This document shows positions 1 to 13,199 of a DNA stretch of 64,000 bases, in pieces; the first letter of the stretch is position 1; the number at the start of each line of letters is the position of its first letter. Both the position numbers and the translations under genes were made by a program. Location of the stretch: positions 53,382,001-53,446,000 of the forward strand of contig NC_043000.1 of the NCBI RefSeq assembly GCF_006345805.1. Reading direction: 5' to 3'. The notes beneath the pieces are model-generated. The model did not search any database and had not been told where the DNA came from. It saw only the letters and a list, made by a program, of their open reading frames with translations. Source of the DNA: Octopus sinensis (Eukaryota).

Positions 1-308
1 CCCCTTCTTAATGCTGTAGAGAAAGGCGAGATGAGTAAGTACGCTCAACAATTACATTTCAATTTCTGAAAGAAACGAAAGCTTACATCTTTAGAAAATT
101 TATTTCCTTTTAATACAACAAGCTAAAGAAAGAGTCTGAAAACATTTTGTAAGAAAGCATCGAGAATTTACGTTTTGCTACAAATACTTTTAGATCAGTG
201 AAGGTAAGGCAGATCGCATTATTATTTAGCCCTTAGTAAGACCTAATCGAGCAGATATGTGGTCAAATGTATTCCACCTTTGACCATCACATCTTTTATA
301 TCAAACCT

Positions 309-704
309 TACTCTCTTTTACTCTTTTACTTGTTTCAGTCATTTGACTGTGGCAATGCTTGAGCACCACCTTTAGTCGAGCAAATCGACCCCAGGAGTTA
401 TTCTTTGTAAGATTAGTACTTATTATATTGGTCTCTTTTGCCGAACCGCTAAGTTACGGAGACCTAAACACACCAGCATCGGTTGTCAAGCGATGTTGGG
501 AGGACAAACACATACACACACACACATATATATACATACATACGACGGGCTTCTTTCAGTTTCCGTCTATCAAATCCACTCACAAGGCTTTGGTCGGCCC
601 GAGGCTATAGTAGAAGACACTTGCCCAAGGTGGCACGTAGTGGGACTGAACCCCGAGCCATGTGGTCGGTAAGTAAGCTACTTACCACATAGCCACTCCT
701 ACGC
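309..704 (-). mobile_element. tRNA-derived SINE, family A (full length)
   Basis: Minus strand: tRNA-like head with A-box TGGCTATGTGG and B-box-like GGTTCAGTCCC, internal (TA)/(TG) tract, 3' tail of (AGTAAAAG)n. Many similar copies in the window (4995, 45924, 47244, 48090, 61409). Confidence 0.85.
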
Positions 705-3012
705 CCCAATTAAGGAGTGGCTTATATTTTACGGTATGCCTTCATGTTTTTGTTTTGTTTTGAAAGATGGTAAGTAGTGATCTGATGAAAGTGAAGATTG
801 GCTGCTATATCTAGAAGGTCGAAACCATATGAGAGTTCTAGATGGTACATTATCTACTTAGGAAAATATTTCTGAACAAAACAATCTAAAAAATTCTGAT
901 AAAGACTGTCTCTGCAAAATAGCAAACTTATGAATATGTTATCTTTTAAATGTTGTAATAATATTATTGTTCCTGTGTCGCACAGAGAAGTTTGAGTAGA
1001 TCTGTGTAGAACATTTAGTGAACCAAACTATTTTTCTTGATATTCTAAGATTCTGCATGGCTGAGAAACATAAGCACGTTCTCACATACAGTGTTAAATT
1101 GTATCAGTTTATAAATTTCGTAATGTATTCACATTTTTCAACACAAACTCATCTCAAATCATGCAAATTGATTATCAAAGGCCATCCAACCATGATCTTA
1201 GCTTTCGCCAGGTGCAATATACCCACAGCATGCCATGCGTTGCTTTGTTTCTTATGTGATAAGATATGATTTGAAAGGGATTTCCTTGCAGGTTTTAATA
1301 GTAACGTTGCAAATATTACTTCATTTACTTTTCTCTTTGCCTGCTGTTGTTATTGTTATTGTTGTTATTCAGCCTTGGCCATCCTGAGCTATTATTAAAT
1401 TCATTTCAAATATGACAATCATATTTCTTATGTGTACCTAGGTTACTTCTCATAAAATAAGAAATAATTGAATTTAGTTTCTATTTCTAGCAAACATGAC
1501 AGCGGTACAGAATCCCTCTTAATGCTGTAGAGAAAGGCGAGATGGGTTCTGTAACAGCATGACAAGTGCTTTTTCCTTACACTTAACATTGGAAATATTT
1601 TAATGTAATTTTCCTCAAAGTAAATAGTTTGATGAGTAATTGGATAACATGAAGTACAACACATATGCACAAGCATGGCTGTATGGATAAGGGGCTTCTT
1701 CTACAATCATGTGGTTTGGATTTCCGAGCCTCTTTGCAGGAAGTTGGGTAGGTATCTAACACTATAACCCCAGGCCAAGCAAAGTGCTGAGTGTGAATTT
1801 GTTAGACGGAAACCATGACTATGTAAAGACCCGTCATATGTACATGTTTGAGTATGTGCCTTTGTGTTTGTCTCTGCACGGCTTGTCAGCTATTTTTGAT
1901 TTGTTTATGTCCCTGTATCATGGTAGTTCAGCAAAAGGAGATAAATAAATGTTAGTGCTTAAAAAACTATAAATGAACTGGCATTGGTTTTCTCAACTAA
2001 ATCTTTCAAAGTGGTGTCCAAACATGGTCGTGTTCCAGTAATTGAAACAAATAAGTGATAAAAATTAAATAATCTTTATAAGAATGTGAACACCCAATGA
2101 AAATGAGGTTTATAAGCACAAGAATATAATTTTAAACAAAGATACAGCTAAAGATTGCAGTATATTTTATATATTGTGAGAGTATATACTCGGTATTAGG
2201 ATTTCATGATGTTTCTGAATATTAGAAGATTCTGGAAGTGAAAAATATGTGATTTAGTTATAGAGAACTCAGTTTACAAAAGTAGTGTTTGAGGGGTCAG
2301 CTAAAAAAAAAAAAGAATACGTAGGTATTCATTTATTATTTTATTGTTTTTAGAAAAGTGTTTGTCTGGTAATCTATGAAATCTACAATATACTTATAGA
2401 TGCATGAACTATTGCCCGAGGAATATTTATTCATCAATTAAGAAACACTTATATTCAAACTTGGGTCTTATTCAGAATTAGCAATTTCTTAAATAAGATC
2501 TTTTACTCTGGAAATAAACTCTTTCTAAGAAAAGGAAGGTTAATTTGAAACCATTTGAGTAATAGTAACTTCTAGCAATAGTGAAAGAAATGTTTTCTTC
2601 AAGAATCTCTAGTATGAATTATACCTGCAGCTAATAATTGTTCCCCAGAAAAGAAGAAAGCTTATAATCGAATGAGCAACTCGATCCTTAAAATGATTCT
2701 AAGCTATAAATATGTAATAATAGCTTACTGAACAAGAAGCACTTGTTAATTACAATTATTAAATAGGTGATGAATATACCACGCAGAGATGATGCTCCGA
2801 TGTAACTGAAACTCAAACATTTTTTAAGATTTCAGTTTAATTGAGAAATGTTAATATATCAATATCTATAAAGCTGAAATGCGAAAAAGTTGTTTGATTT
2901 CTTGGTTGTTTGTCTCATTTTAGAATGGCAACGGTCCAAATTTACAGGGACATCTAAAAAGAGGCGAGGAAGCGACTGGGCTAGGTTTGAAACCCATATC
3001 TCAAAAGCTGTG

Positions 3013-3026
3013 GTTACTAGGGCAAC
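3013..3026. promoter_or_regulatory. candidate RFX X-box motif in a promoter-like segment
   Basis: GTTACTAGGGCAAC fits the X-box consensus GTNRC(C/N)-N0-3-RGYAAC. It lies in a repeat-free, CpG-containing, CT-rich stretch (2900-3320) that stands out from the flanks. Confidence 0.45.
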
Positions 3027-3455
3027 AAAACCCAGACTTTGACAAGTGTTTGTCGTTTCTCTCTTTCGGATATTACCCTGTCTTCCTCGATCTCTCTCTT
3101 TCCTTCCTTCCCTCCACAATCTCTCTATAACGACATTTGACACCTTCCCCTCTCATTCCCTCTCCGCCTTCGCTGTCTCTTTGTCACTCTTTCTCCTACC
3201 AACTCTCTCACAGTACGTCTGTCTGCATCTATAGAGAGAAAATGTTGACAGCCGCAAAAGTTTACATATTCCTGCCACAGGTATTTTAGAACGGTAAATT
3301 ATTATCGCCCACCACCACCGCACAATCATAACATTATTAATCAGGTCTTTTTCAAAATTGCAGCCGTTTGGAGCAAAATGTTCAAGTTCGGTCGAACTAC
3401 TGTTATTGTGCCTGAAGTCATATCTGTGCCCATTAAAATCTTTTGTTTAATTATT

Positions 3456-3660
3456 CTGGTAGAATCGTTAGCACACCGGACAAAATGTTTAGCGGCATTT
3501 CATCCGTCTGTACACTCTAAGTACAAATTCTTTTCAGGTCGACTTTGCCTTTCATCCGTTTTGGGTTGATAAAATAACTACCACTTGAGTACTGGGATCG
3601 ATGTAATCGACTTACACACTTCCCAGAAATTGCTGGCCTCGTACCAAAATTTGAAATTAT
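3456..3660 (+). mobile_element. SINE family B
   Basis: Shares GAATCGTTAGCAC...GTCGACTTTGCCTTTCATCC...GATAAAATAAGTACC...GATGTAATCGACT...CCAAAATTTGAAA with more than 10 other loci in the window. Confidence 0.8.
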
Positions 3661-3849
3661 TAGCAGTAATAATAATACAAGTTGTAGTAGTAGCAGCAAA
3701 AGTAATAATTTCAATAGATTTCTTAGTTACTGCACTACTAAGTGCATCCTGAAACTAGCTGACATGCACAGTATTGTCCTTGAAAGAATAGAGCCACCTT
3801 TATCAGTTAGATCTAATTTCATACATTGCGACGTTCTTTTAGTTGTTTC

Positions 3850-4300
3850 TGATGTTACTGAGTTGTTATTATTTCTTGGTGGAGTGAAGTATGGTGGTTA
3901 TTTCATTGCTTAATATTTGTTTCGAATTGTATGGTGTATCAGAGAGATATGCTACTGTACTAGAAGATTATTACATAGAATTTATTCTCGTTGTAATATT
4001 GAAAGTACCTTGCATAGAATGTCTTCTGAGAGTCAGGTGGTTACTTTCATCTCCATATCAGTTTGGCAGACTTGTTTCAGACTGTTATAGTTAGGTCGTT
4101 CTCATAGTTCCGTTTTGGTTCATTTTTATATATCATCCTTCATATTCCTATTAGCATGTCGGTATTGTGCAAGGATTATTGCTACCTACACAGTTACATG
4201 TGTGAATATATTCTGCCTCGTGAGGAATGGCCAGCCAGATAATATGTGGCCAAATATTTCTTTGTAGTACTGGTATAATATAGATATTTCAGCGTGTTAT
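3850..4300 (-). mobile_element. degenerate R4/Dong-like LINE remnant (zinc-knuckle region)
   Basis: Minus-strand frame reads ..PHIISGWPFLTRQNIFTHVTV.., resembling the HIISGC..LA..EY..RHN motif of RLE-type non-LTR elements. Heavily decayed. Confidence 0.35.
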
Positions 4301-4994
4301 GTTTCTAAATTTTATATAACTAGCATCAAACATTCTATTTTTGTATTTATTCAGCTCAGTATATTTCAATCACTGCTAGATTTTCTATATAGGTTAGTTT
4401 TCTCTGTTTTCCAGATATTGGTCAGGGATACATATCTTTTCTTAAGCAAATTTGGAATTTCATTTTGCTTTTCTGTTCTGTATTTTGTCTCTCCTTTGTT
4501 TATCCCTTATTTAAATGTTTACCCCTTATTTAAACGTTATCCCTTATTCAAAAGTTTTTGCTCTATTGTTTCTATGTGTATACAGAAAAATTAGAATGAT
4601 GTGTTGTAACTGAAAAATTCAACCATAAAGATCGATAAAACAAATACAAATCACTATGTATTTTGATCAGTTACTGTGTATAAATGCTTGAAAATGGTGA
4701 TTCAGCATGGTTGCATACTAGTGGATGACATCATAAAATAATATATGACAGTTGAGATTACTCTGTCAAAATGAGACGAGATTAAAAGCTATATCAAAAT
4801 ATTACGAATTTACTATTTAATTTCTATGCTGTCATTCATTAACTGTTGGTGGGCCCTGTAATTAACAATATTTTAACTATATGATCATGCCAGCTTTCCT
4901 TCTGGTTATATACTCAAACGTGCAGTATTCAGTCTATCATATTTAATACTTTATCATATGAAGGCCTTTTTTAAAGATGACTGGAGAAATTATA

Positions 4995-5385
4995 GGTGTA
5001 GGTGTGGCTGTGTGATAAGAAGTTTGCTTTCCAACCACATGGGTCTGGGTTCAGTCCCCCTGTTTAACACCTTGGGCCAATGTTTTCTACTATAGTCTCA
5101 AGCCGACCAAATCCTTCAAAGTGGATTTGGTAGATCGAAATCGAAAGTAACTTGTATATATGTGTGTGCGTGTGTCTTTGTGTCAAAGCTTGACAACCGG
5201 TGCTGGTACGTCTATATTCCTGCAATTTAGTGGTTCAACGAAAGAGATCGATATAATAAGCACCAGTTTAAAAAACAGTAAAATATGTACTAGGGTCTAT
5301 TCAGTTGACTAAGCTTCTTCAAAACAGTGATCCAGCATAGCCGTAGTCTAATGACTGAAGCAAATTAAAAATAAAAGTATAAAAG
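4995..5385 (+). mobile_element. SINE family A (diverged)
   Basis: GGTGTAGGTGTGGCTGTGTG head, GGGTTCAGTCCC B-box, same body as the 309-704 copy in opposite orientation. Confidence 0.75.
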
Positions 5386-7099
5386 ATAATTCAAGAGGTT
5401 TTCACTGTTATTTCTTGTGAGTCAAGCAACTTTTTTAAAGTATTCCTACTTTCATTGCTATCCTTAGTTATATATGCTAAGTTGAATAAATGGAATTAAA
5501 AAAAACCTTATGGCATAAAATTAGATTTTTGATATTTTTTAACAGTGTTGTGGTACGATTCAGTACATATGTGCATGAATCTATATTCATATCAACTTAA
5601 TCAATGCCTTTCAAATGTTATTTCAAGCCTGAGGAATTCAGATAAAATCTATAATTATTTTGCAGGCTTCACAATTTAAAATATTTGTAAATAGTTTTTC
5701 AGTTGTTACTAAATGTGTATCTACATTGCCGAGTCATTCCTATAAATTGAAGAATAAAGTTCATTTTCACAAGGGACAAACAGGTGCATAGCATTAACAA
5801 ACCCTGAATAGAGAGCAACGCATTTGTTGCTCTTGTGTATGTGCAAAGATGTTCACCTAACACCCATATATATTGTATTTTTAACACAACATATCAGCGA
5901 AAAACATTTTTTCTCAGAAAATAGCATCTGAATCTTGCCTTTCAATGGTTTATATATACTTAGTATGTCGGTTTTAACTTAATGCTGAGTCAGTTACATT
6001 CATCCGGTTTTCCCAATATTTTCTATAAAATGAAGCTAAAATGGTAAATCATTACGTTTCATATTTTATAAAAATAAAACCCAATAATTAATATTTAGGT
6101 TGAAGAACTTGTGTACAAACTCAAAAATAATGTATTATAATATATCTATAACAATTTCTAATCGTAAGCAAAATTGTTAATATATACATATATAAGAGCG
6201 TGTGTGTATACATGTATATATATACATATACACATATATGTATATATTGCATATATATATATGAATAAATTACCATATACATAACACAGACATATATACA
6301 CACATCTATATGTGTGTGTATGCATGTACGTATATATATATATATATAAAATGTTTCTTTTGAGTTATAAAGGATTTAATTTTTATGGTACTTATGAAGA
6401 AAATATTAGTCCATTAATGGATTTTTCCATTCAAATATTTCTATAATTTCAGATAGGGACGACAATAAATGAAAGTAAATAAGAAAACATAGATTTTCTT
6501 GACATTGATAAGAAATATTTGCTCGTGAGAATTATAGTTAATCCCGGATATTTCTCAGGAGTTCTGCTGGAAACAGCTTTGCAGATGACTAGGATAATTT
6601 TCAAACAGAAGTATTTGTTCAGCAATTAATAGTTTGACAGCTGCATTCACAACATCACTTCCTCTGAATCTGTTACGAGATCATACATAGATACACACAC
6701 ATAAACACACACATACTGTGAGCATAAAGCATACCGCCGAGAAGATAAATAATCCAGAAACCATTGGTCTGCAGTTATCGCTAAGGCTAGCAAGAGAGTG
6801 ATAAACTCGCTTGCTGACAGTATACAGACAGCCCATATGTCGATAGCCAGCTGTAAAGCATGTTTTCTTGGGGCTAAAAAGTAGTAACATCATCCTCTTT
6901 ACGACTGACACATTGTGGTGGCAAGCAGAGTTTACAATATATATATGTATGTATATAAAATCTGTTCTGTATCTCTGTATGTCCGTTTGTGCGCTTATAA
7001 CTCTCGAGTATTGTTCATCCAATAGCACTGAAATTTTAATCATGGATACATGAGAGAGCAGGGCGTTCCGTAATTAAAAAAGATTTTCAAAATCATTAG

Positions 7100-7720
7100 T
7101 TTCAAAGTGAGAATTGCTATTTTTGTAATCGTTAATGTCCTGTCCTGCTTGTTCCGCCATTAAAACAACCAGTTGGTCACACAGCCGGCACATACCATTT
7201 CGCTAGCAACAAGGGGAGTACAGGATCACAGTCAGCCAAAACCGTCGCTTTATGAGTGATGTAGGACAACAAACCCGAAGGAGTTATCAACATTTCAGAT
7301 GATGGATCGTGTTAGACAGTGCCGACTGCTGCAAAAAAGAGTATATCCACTGACAGCTTCTCAGTGCGTTTAAAAAGACACTCGAGTTTAAGTTGCCCAA
7401 GATCTCCTTGATTGTGTCGAGAACGGTGAAAACACTTTTTGGAAACTTATCGTAGGTTTCTGAGCAGTTATCACCAAGCTTTTGGCAAAATTTGATGCAG
7501 ATACTCTGCTCAACGTTCTCTGGCATTGTCAATGGGACGATTACACGCTACATACCTTCCTTCCAAACACAGCTGTAAACAGGGGAAGTGAGCTAGAACG
7601 TTAAAACTTAGTGTGCATGCACCCCAGACTTAATTGTCAATGTGTCAAGTAACTTCACTCTGCGTACTTTAGCTTCGTTGCTATGGCAGCAGTCCGGATA
7701 CTTATTGATCAGACTACGTA
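7100..7720 (-). mobile_element. mariner-derived non-autonomous element
   Basis: Right end is a mariner-type TIR (minus TACGTAGTCTGATCAATAAGTATCCGGACTG) at TA. Minus ORF MPENVEQSICIKFCQKLGDNCSETY resembles a mariner transposase N-terminus. Left boundary uncertain. Confidence 0.65.
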
Positions 7721-7729
7721 TATATATAT

Positions 7730-8110
7730 ACTAGCAGTATCGCCCGGCGTTGCTCAGGTTTGTAAGGGAAATAACTATAAAGCATTTTTAGAGAGTTATA
7801 GCCAAAAAATAGCAAACAAATGGAAAAAAATGATGGTAAATTTTGTTTGAGAGTAAAAAAAGGTGGACTTGCGTCCCCTAGACAGTTTGCGGTTTGTGTT
7901 TCTGATTCTCAACCCCATGTCAAATTTATCTATTTTTTTCAGAACTGGGGGAACTTTTCAAAATTTTCGCTGCATTAGTTTTGAATTATGACATTGGGCT
8001 ATGTGTGTGTCAAGTTTCATCAGAATCGGTTGAAAGCCGTGGTCAGCTTGAGGGTACAAGCAAACAGACACACAGAAACACGCACAGACAAACTGCCTTT
8101 TATATAGAGA
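7730..8110. mobile_element. Helitron/Helentron-like non-autonomous element
   Basis: Starts ACTAGCAGTATCGCCCGGCGTTGCTC inside (TA)n and ends in ACAGACACACAGA..CTGCCTTTTATATAGA. This terminal pattern is typical of non-autonomous Helitron derivatives; classification is by motif resemblance only. Confidence 0.45.
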
Positions 8111-10227
8111 GAGATATATATATATATATACATAATTTATTAGAGTAATAAGGAAATACTCTTCAGAAAATTTATGTAGTGTTTAGCATAAACACATCCA
8201 CAATATACCACTATTATATTTTTCTTTTCGTATACCTTCATCCTCTTCCACATCATCATCATCATTTCCACCATCATCATAATCAATAGTAAGAACCATA
8301 ACAACATCTACTCACGTATATTTTGCAATGATGTTGATTTTAGTGATTATTTTACCTGTGGCTTTGGAATTCATCTTGAAGCTAAATTTTTCACGAACAC
8401 TCATAAACATTCTTTGAATCTGTACTGTGCTCGTACCTCGTGTCATGTTCACTTTGTCCGGCCCACATGAATATTGAATACAGTGGATTTTTACTTATCA
8501 CAATACAGAGAGAGGCTACCTATTTCAAGTATTCAATACCCTATTCCGTGAATTGATGGCATTTATTTTTATTAGACTTTCTATATCAATTTATAGTAAG
8601 CATTAAACAATCTGGAAAATTCTGATAACTAGACATCATTCGAGAAAGAATTCCTAGGATACATTCATTCACTCCAATTTTATATACTCCAGTACATGAT
8701 GTGACTATACAAGTCTATAGTTAATATGATGACAATATATTGTTTTCTAGCCACAAGTAATCCTTGATATAGTAGACGTATTAACAAAGGCGTTCAAATT
8801 GTGTAGACAAGCAGCATGCCAGATGACATTAACCACAAGTCCCTTAACTTTTGAACAGTGTTGTGTATTTGAAGTAGATTTAGTTAATATTTGTAAACAT
8901 TTTGAGTTACTATATAGAGTGTCTCCTCATTGACTCAACAAATTAGAAGTAGAGCAGACAAATATAATGCTTATAAATATGGAAAACCCAATGTGTATTG
9001 AAATGTTAATGTTAATAAAGAATATTAGATTGATATAGAAATAACGACACAATATATGAAACATACAATGTATGTTATATCAGTGTCCAAAGCCTGCACA
9101 AGTAACAAAGATTATATTTCCTTACTTTACTATATTTTTTCTAAGTGATTCTATTCAAATCATTGCTTGAATAATTTACACTTTTTAGATAATTTGTCAG
9201 GAAACTGTTATTGTAATATTTGAATAACATTTCAAAAACTGACGTTTTTTACCGTAGGATATAGTGATTATCTATTAATTCAATTCAATATATTATTCTC
9301 CTTCAGAAAATTCTTAAAATATTTATAAATATTCTATTGTCTCAATAATAAATGGCTATACAGAAATGAGATGATCTTCATTTTTACCAGTCAGGGGTTC
9401 TTCCTTTTCAGCAAGTGATAACACAATCTTGATCTTATAGCCATAGTTAATAATATTGATTCCGATTCCATTTGAGGCATGAAACTGCAAATGGTCCTCA
9501 TAAAAGGTTGGTTTAGGGAATATTTTCGTATTGTGACATCTCATGAATTACAATTAGGAGAAAGCTGGGAGACTAATAGAACACTTCAGCTGAGCAGAAC
9601 AATAATCATAATAATAGGCTTGTCTGTATATAACTTCTGAAGTTATTTCTAGGGACCATAGATATTCATACATCATTGTCTGTTAATTCTTTTTTTAAAT
9701 AACTGCAAATAATTAGTAGTCTCAATATTCAATTTTGATAAATTATACAGAAAACAAGCAAAAATAGTACAAAATAATGAATTTATTTTTTAATCAATAC
9801 TGTTATGAGTAATATTATATTTTCTATTTCAAAATCAAACTAAGTTCTACATAGTTAATTTAGAGTTAGCATCTTTAATGTAGATACAAAAAAAAACTAG
9901 CTACAAGTTATTGCGGTGCACAAAGAAACGAAAAGTATTGATTAATGACTATTAATATTTATTTTAATTAATTTGGTAATTACAGGAAACAACTCTGATT
10001 ACGTTTCAATCTTGTTATGATCTCACCATCGAAACAAACAGTCTATATATTACTTCAAATTAGTAAGAATCAGTAAAAAAAAATTAATGTATTTGAAAAA
10101 ATACATAGTAAAGATGATTGCACTTAAGATGGCATAGCACAGATTTCTTTATAGGAAACTGCAATTGTTTTTCTTCAGCTTGTCTTGTTTTATTTTGTTC
10201 ATTCACTTATGCATAGACTTGGTATAT

Positions 10228-10263
<36 letters not shown>

Positions 10264-12476
10264 TTTATATAAAACTATAACACTTAAAATTTCCTAAAAG
10301 AAGCTAAGTAGGTGATAAGTATGGTACTCTGTTAATATTTTTTTATCTAGTCATGAGAAATTTAGATATAAATATACATCTGAGGTCTTAATATGATAAT
10401 ATAAATAAACAGTGAATTGATAAAACAAAACCAATAAAGTAACACGTTCTTTTGATGTGTATATATATACGTACATACATACTTTTATATATATATATAG
10501 ACATACGTACATATATATATATATACATATGTATATATATATAAAATATAAATATATATACATACTTAGTAGTTCTTTTTTACGTCTTCATCTTCAGAAA
10601 ATATTTGCTTAAACTAACGTCAAATATTTGCTTGTTTGTTGTATCACTGTCAATTTATAGCATTTTACTCTCGGTTCATAAACAGATTACAAAATTTTCT
10701 TCTCAAAATATTTTGCAGAAATATCTCTTAATCTGTTAAATATATTTACATTTATAAGCAACGTTTTAATTATATTACAGTAAAAAAAAATAATTCATTG
10801 TGAGTGATTATGACTAACAAAATATTAAGAACATCAATAATAAGATTATGAATTTTCAAACTATTGACCTCCTCTAAAGAGCATTTTCATTTTCAATTTC
10901 TTACTTAGTCAGCAAAGGAAGTGAAGTGAGTGCAAGTGAACTTTTTATGTATCCACCTAGATAGATGGAAATGGAGTAATATCAGTGGTCTCTGCTAAAA
11001 TCAGTCAAGAGCAAAAAAGTAAACCTAACTACCATAAAAGTACAGCTAATGTCTAGTATCTATTCACACATTTTCTAACTTGCAAGTTTCACACATATTT
11101 TAGTAAACTCAATTCTAATGTAGAAAAACAGTTGCCAAAGACACTGCTCTGTTCAGCACTGGCTGAGGAACGAAATTTGCATAATAGACGCACACCCAGT
11201 CCCAAGATCTTTTATAAGCAAGGTCTTGTTTTTGTTATTTACTTTTGTTCTTTGTTCTTTGAGAAGAAGCCTAATTTCATGTTACTTTTTACGGATCACT
11301 TTTTACACAATGTTTTCTAAATGTGATAAAAGAGGAATTAGGAGATTAAATTTTGATTTTGCACCCACCAAAACTTTTAAGAGATACGATTGCATACCCT
11401 GCACCCACTGCATGCTTCTGAGTGAATCATGCAGGGTCCATGCTGTTCAGTGGATTATTGAGGGAAACATACTGGAAACCAAACGTTTTCGGTCAATGAT
11501 TATGTTTGCACCCACGTATGTCCCACATTTATATATGTAGATATTAGAAATTTTCATTTATCCCACATTTCATATATGAACATTTCAGCCACTGTATTTC
11601 TTATTATCCGGGATAATTTACATGGTTCTGACGATACCTGATCAAATAACCTTTATTTCTGAACCAAGTGTAGTAACGTTCTTACCAACTATGTCACTGG
11701 TGTAAATGCATATCAAAGTCATAGAAGTAACAAATCGAAGCATAATGCAAATGGAGTCATAGGAAATATAGACACTCTTAACTATTAATATTTTAGTAAG
11801 TTATAAATATTAACTGAGTCATCGATAATATTTAGATATTTAATAGCAATATCAACTTCTAACACAGATAGAGGGCAACACATTTGAAAAGAAGGTTAAA
11901 AGCAGTTAAATCAAAACCAATACTTAAACGTTCTTGTTTTATAAATACCAGAAGGATGAAAGACAAAATACACCGCAGTAGAATTTAAACTCTGCTAGGA
12001 AACAACCAAACATGTAGCATAAAGCATTTTGCCTAACACTGAAAGCAATTCTGCCAATCTAGTGTACAAGTTAACACATTTTGATGGAAAATATCATTGA
12101 TTATAACCAAGTATCAAAGTATTTAATGCAGTAATCGTGAAAAATCAACCCACAAATAAATGTTAGATTTTAGTTTTATTAAGAATGGCATTTCTCGATA
12201 TTTTTGTATGTGACTAAATGTTCAGTCATACAGTATTTAGTAGTGATACATTCATTACTGTACTACTAACTATGAGGAAGACTATGCATTGCTGAAACGG
12301 TCAGAATAAGACTAAGACATGACCTGTGTTGTCCTCTATGCTTGACATCTAAATGGGCACAAAATTTGTAATTGACTAACATTGTTTATATTTTAGAGTT
12401 CTTAGTTAATTCTATTTATCAATCATCTGTTTAACAATTCATTCCTGAAATATATCAGTAATACCTTAATCATTAT

Positions 12477-12680
12477 TAAGGCAGCTAGCAGCAAAATTGT
12501 TAGCATGCCTGGCTAAATGACTAGTCATATTTCGTCTGACTGTACGTTCTGAGTTCAAGTGTTACCAGGATTAACATTGCCTTTAATCCTTTCGATGTTA
12601 ATAAAATAAGTACCAGATAAACACTGAGGTCAATGTAATCTTCTAGAAAATTATTGGGCTTGTGCCAAAATTTGAAAGTT
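12477..12680 (+). mobile_element. SINE family B (diverged)
   Basis: Same conserved blocks as 3456-3660. Confidence 0.7.
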
Positions 12681-12772
12681 TTATACGTGGATCACATTTT
12701 TGAATGTTGGTCCTTGAACGATGCCAGGTAGACTTGATCACAGCAGGCTGTCACGTGAGATCATGAACTTAC

Positions 12773-12843
12773 ATCACTTTCCATAATAGCATATTTTTCT
12801 TGTATTTTATTATTCCTAGCATTCATTAGAATTGTAGGGATAT
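12773..12843 (-). CDS. candidate internal exon of unidentified gene
   Basis: Acceptor CACTTTTATCTATGTTAG and donor GTAAGT. One open frame only: (D)IPTILMNARNNKIQEKYAIMESD, 71 nt. No homology recognised. Confidence 0.25.
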
Positions 12844-13009
12844 CTAACATAGATAAAAGTGTAAACATTTTGGAAAGAATTCTCAGCCAATTAATATAAC
12901 ATTACTTTTTAATGAAATATCTAAAGATAGCTCATGGACTGAAAACTGCGAGTGAAGAATAATCGATGATATCAAATCCAGTATTTTACAGGTATTTATC
13001 AGCAGCATC

Positions 13010-13011
<2 letters not shown>

Positions 13012-13047
<36 letters not shown>

Positions 13048-13077
13048 CAGCAGCAGCAGCAGTGCAGTAGCAGCGGT

Positions 13078-13126
<49 letters not shown>

Positions 13127-13170
13127 TAGTAGTAGTAGTAGTAGTAGTAGTAGTAATGAGGAGGAGGAGA
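13012..13170. repeat. compound (TAG)n/(CAG)n/(GAG)n microsatellite
   Basis: Directly visible trinucleotide runs. Confidence 0.95.
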
Positions 13171-13199
13171 ATTTCTTTATTAATGATAATAATAATGAG

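Noticed and set aside
782-830. CTGATGA...GAAAC spacing resembling a hammerhead
   Set aside because: No stem II closing pair, no stem III or cleavage triplet and no stem I; treated as chance.
6500-6680. Minus-strand RFRGSDVVNAAVKLLIAEQ resembling a mariner C-terminus
   Set aside because: The similarity is short, with no TIR or other transposase motif nearby; too weak to annotate.
8320-8520. Minus-strand segment MTRGTSTVQIQRMFMSVREKFSFKMNSKATGKIITKINIIAKYT ending at GTGAGT
   Set aside because: Competing open frames on both strands, two alternative donors and no recognisable homology, so it cannot be called.
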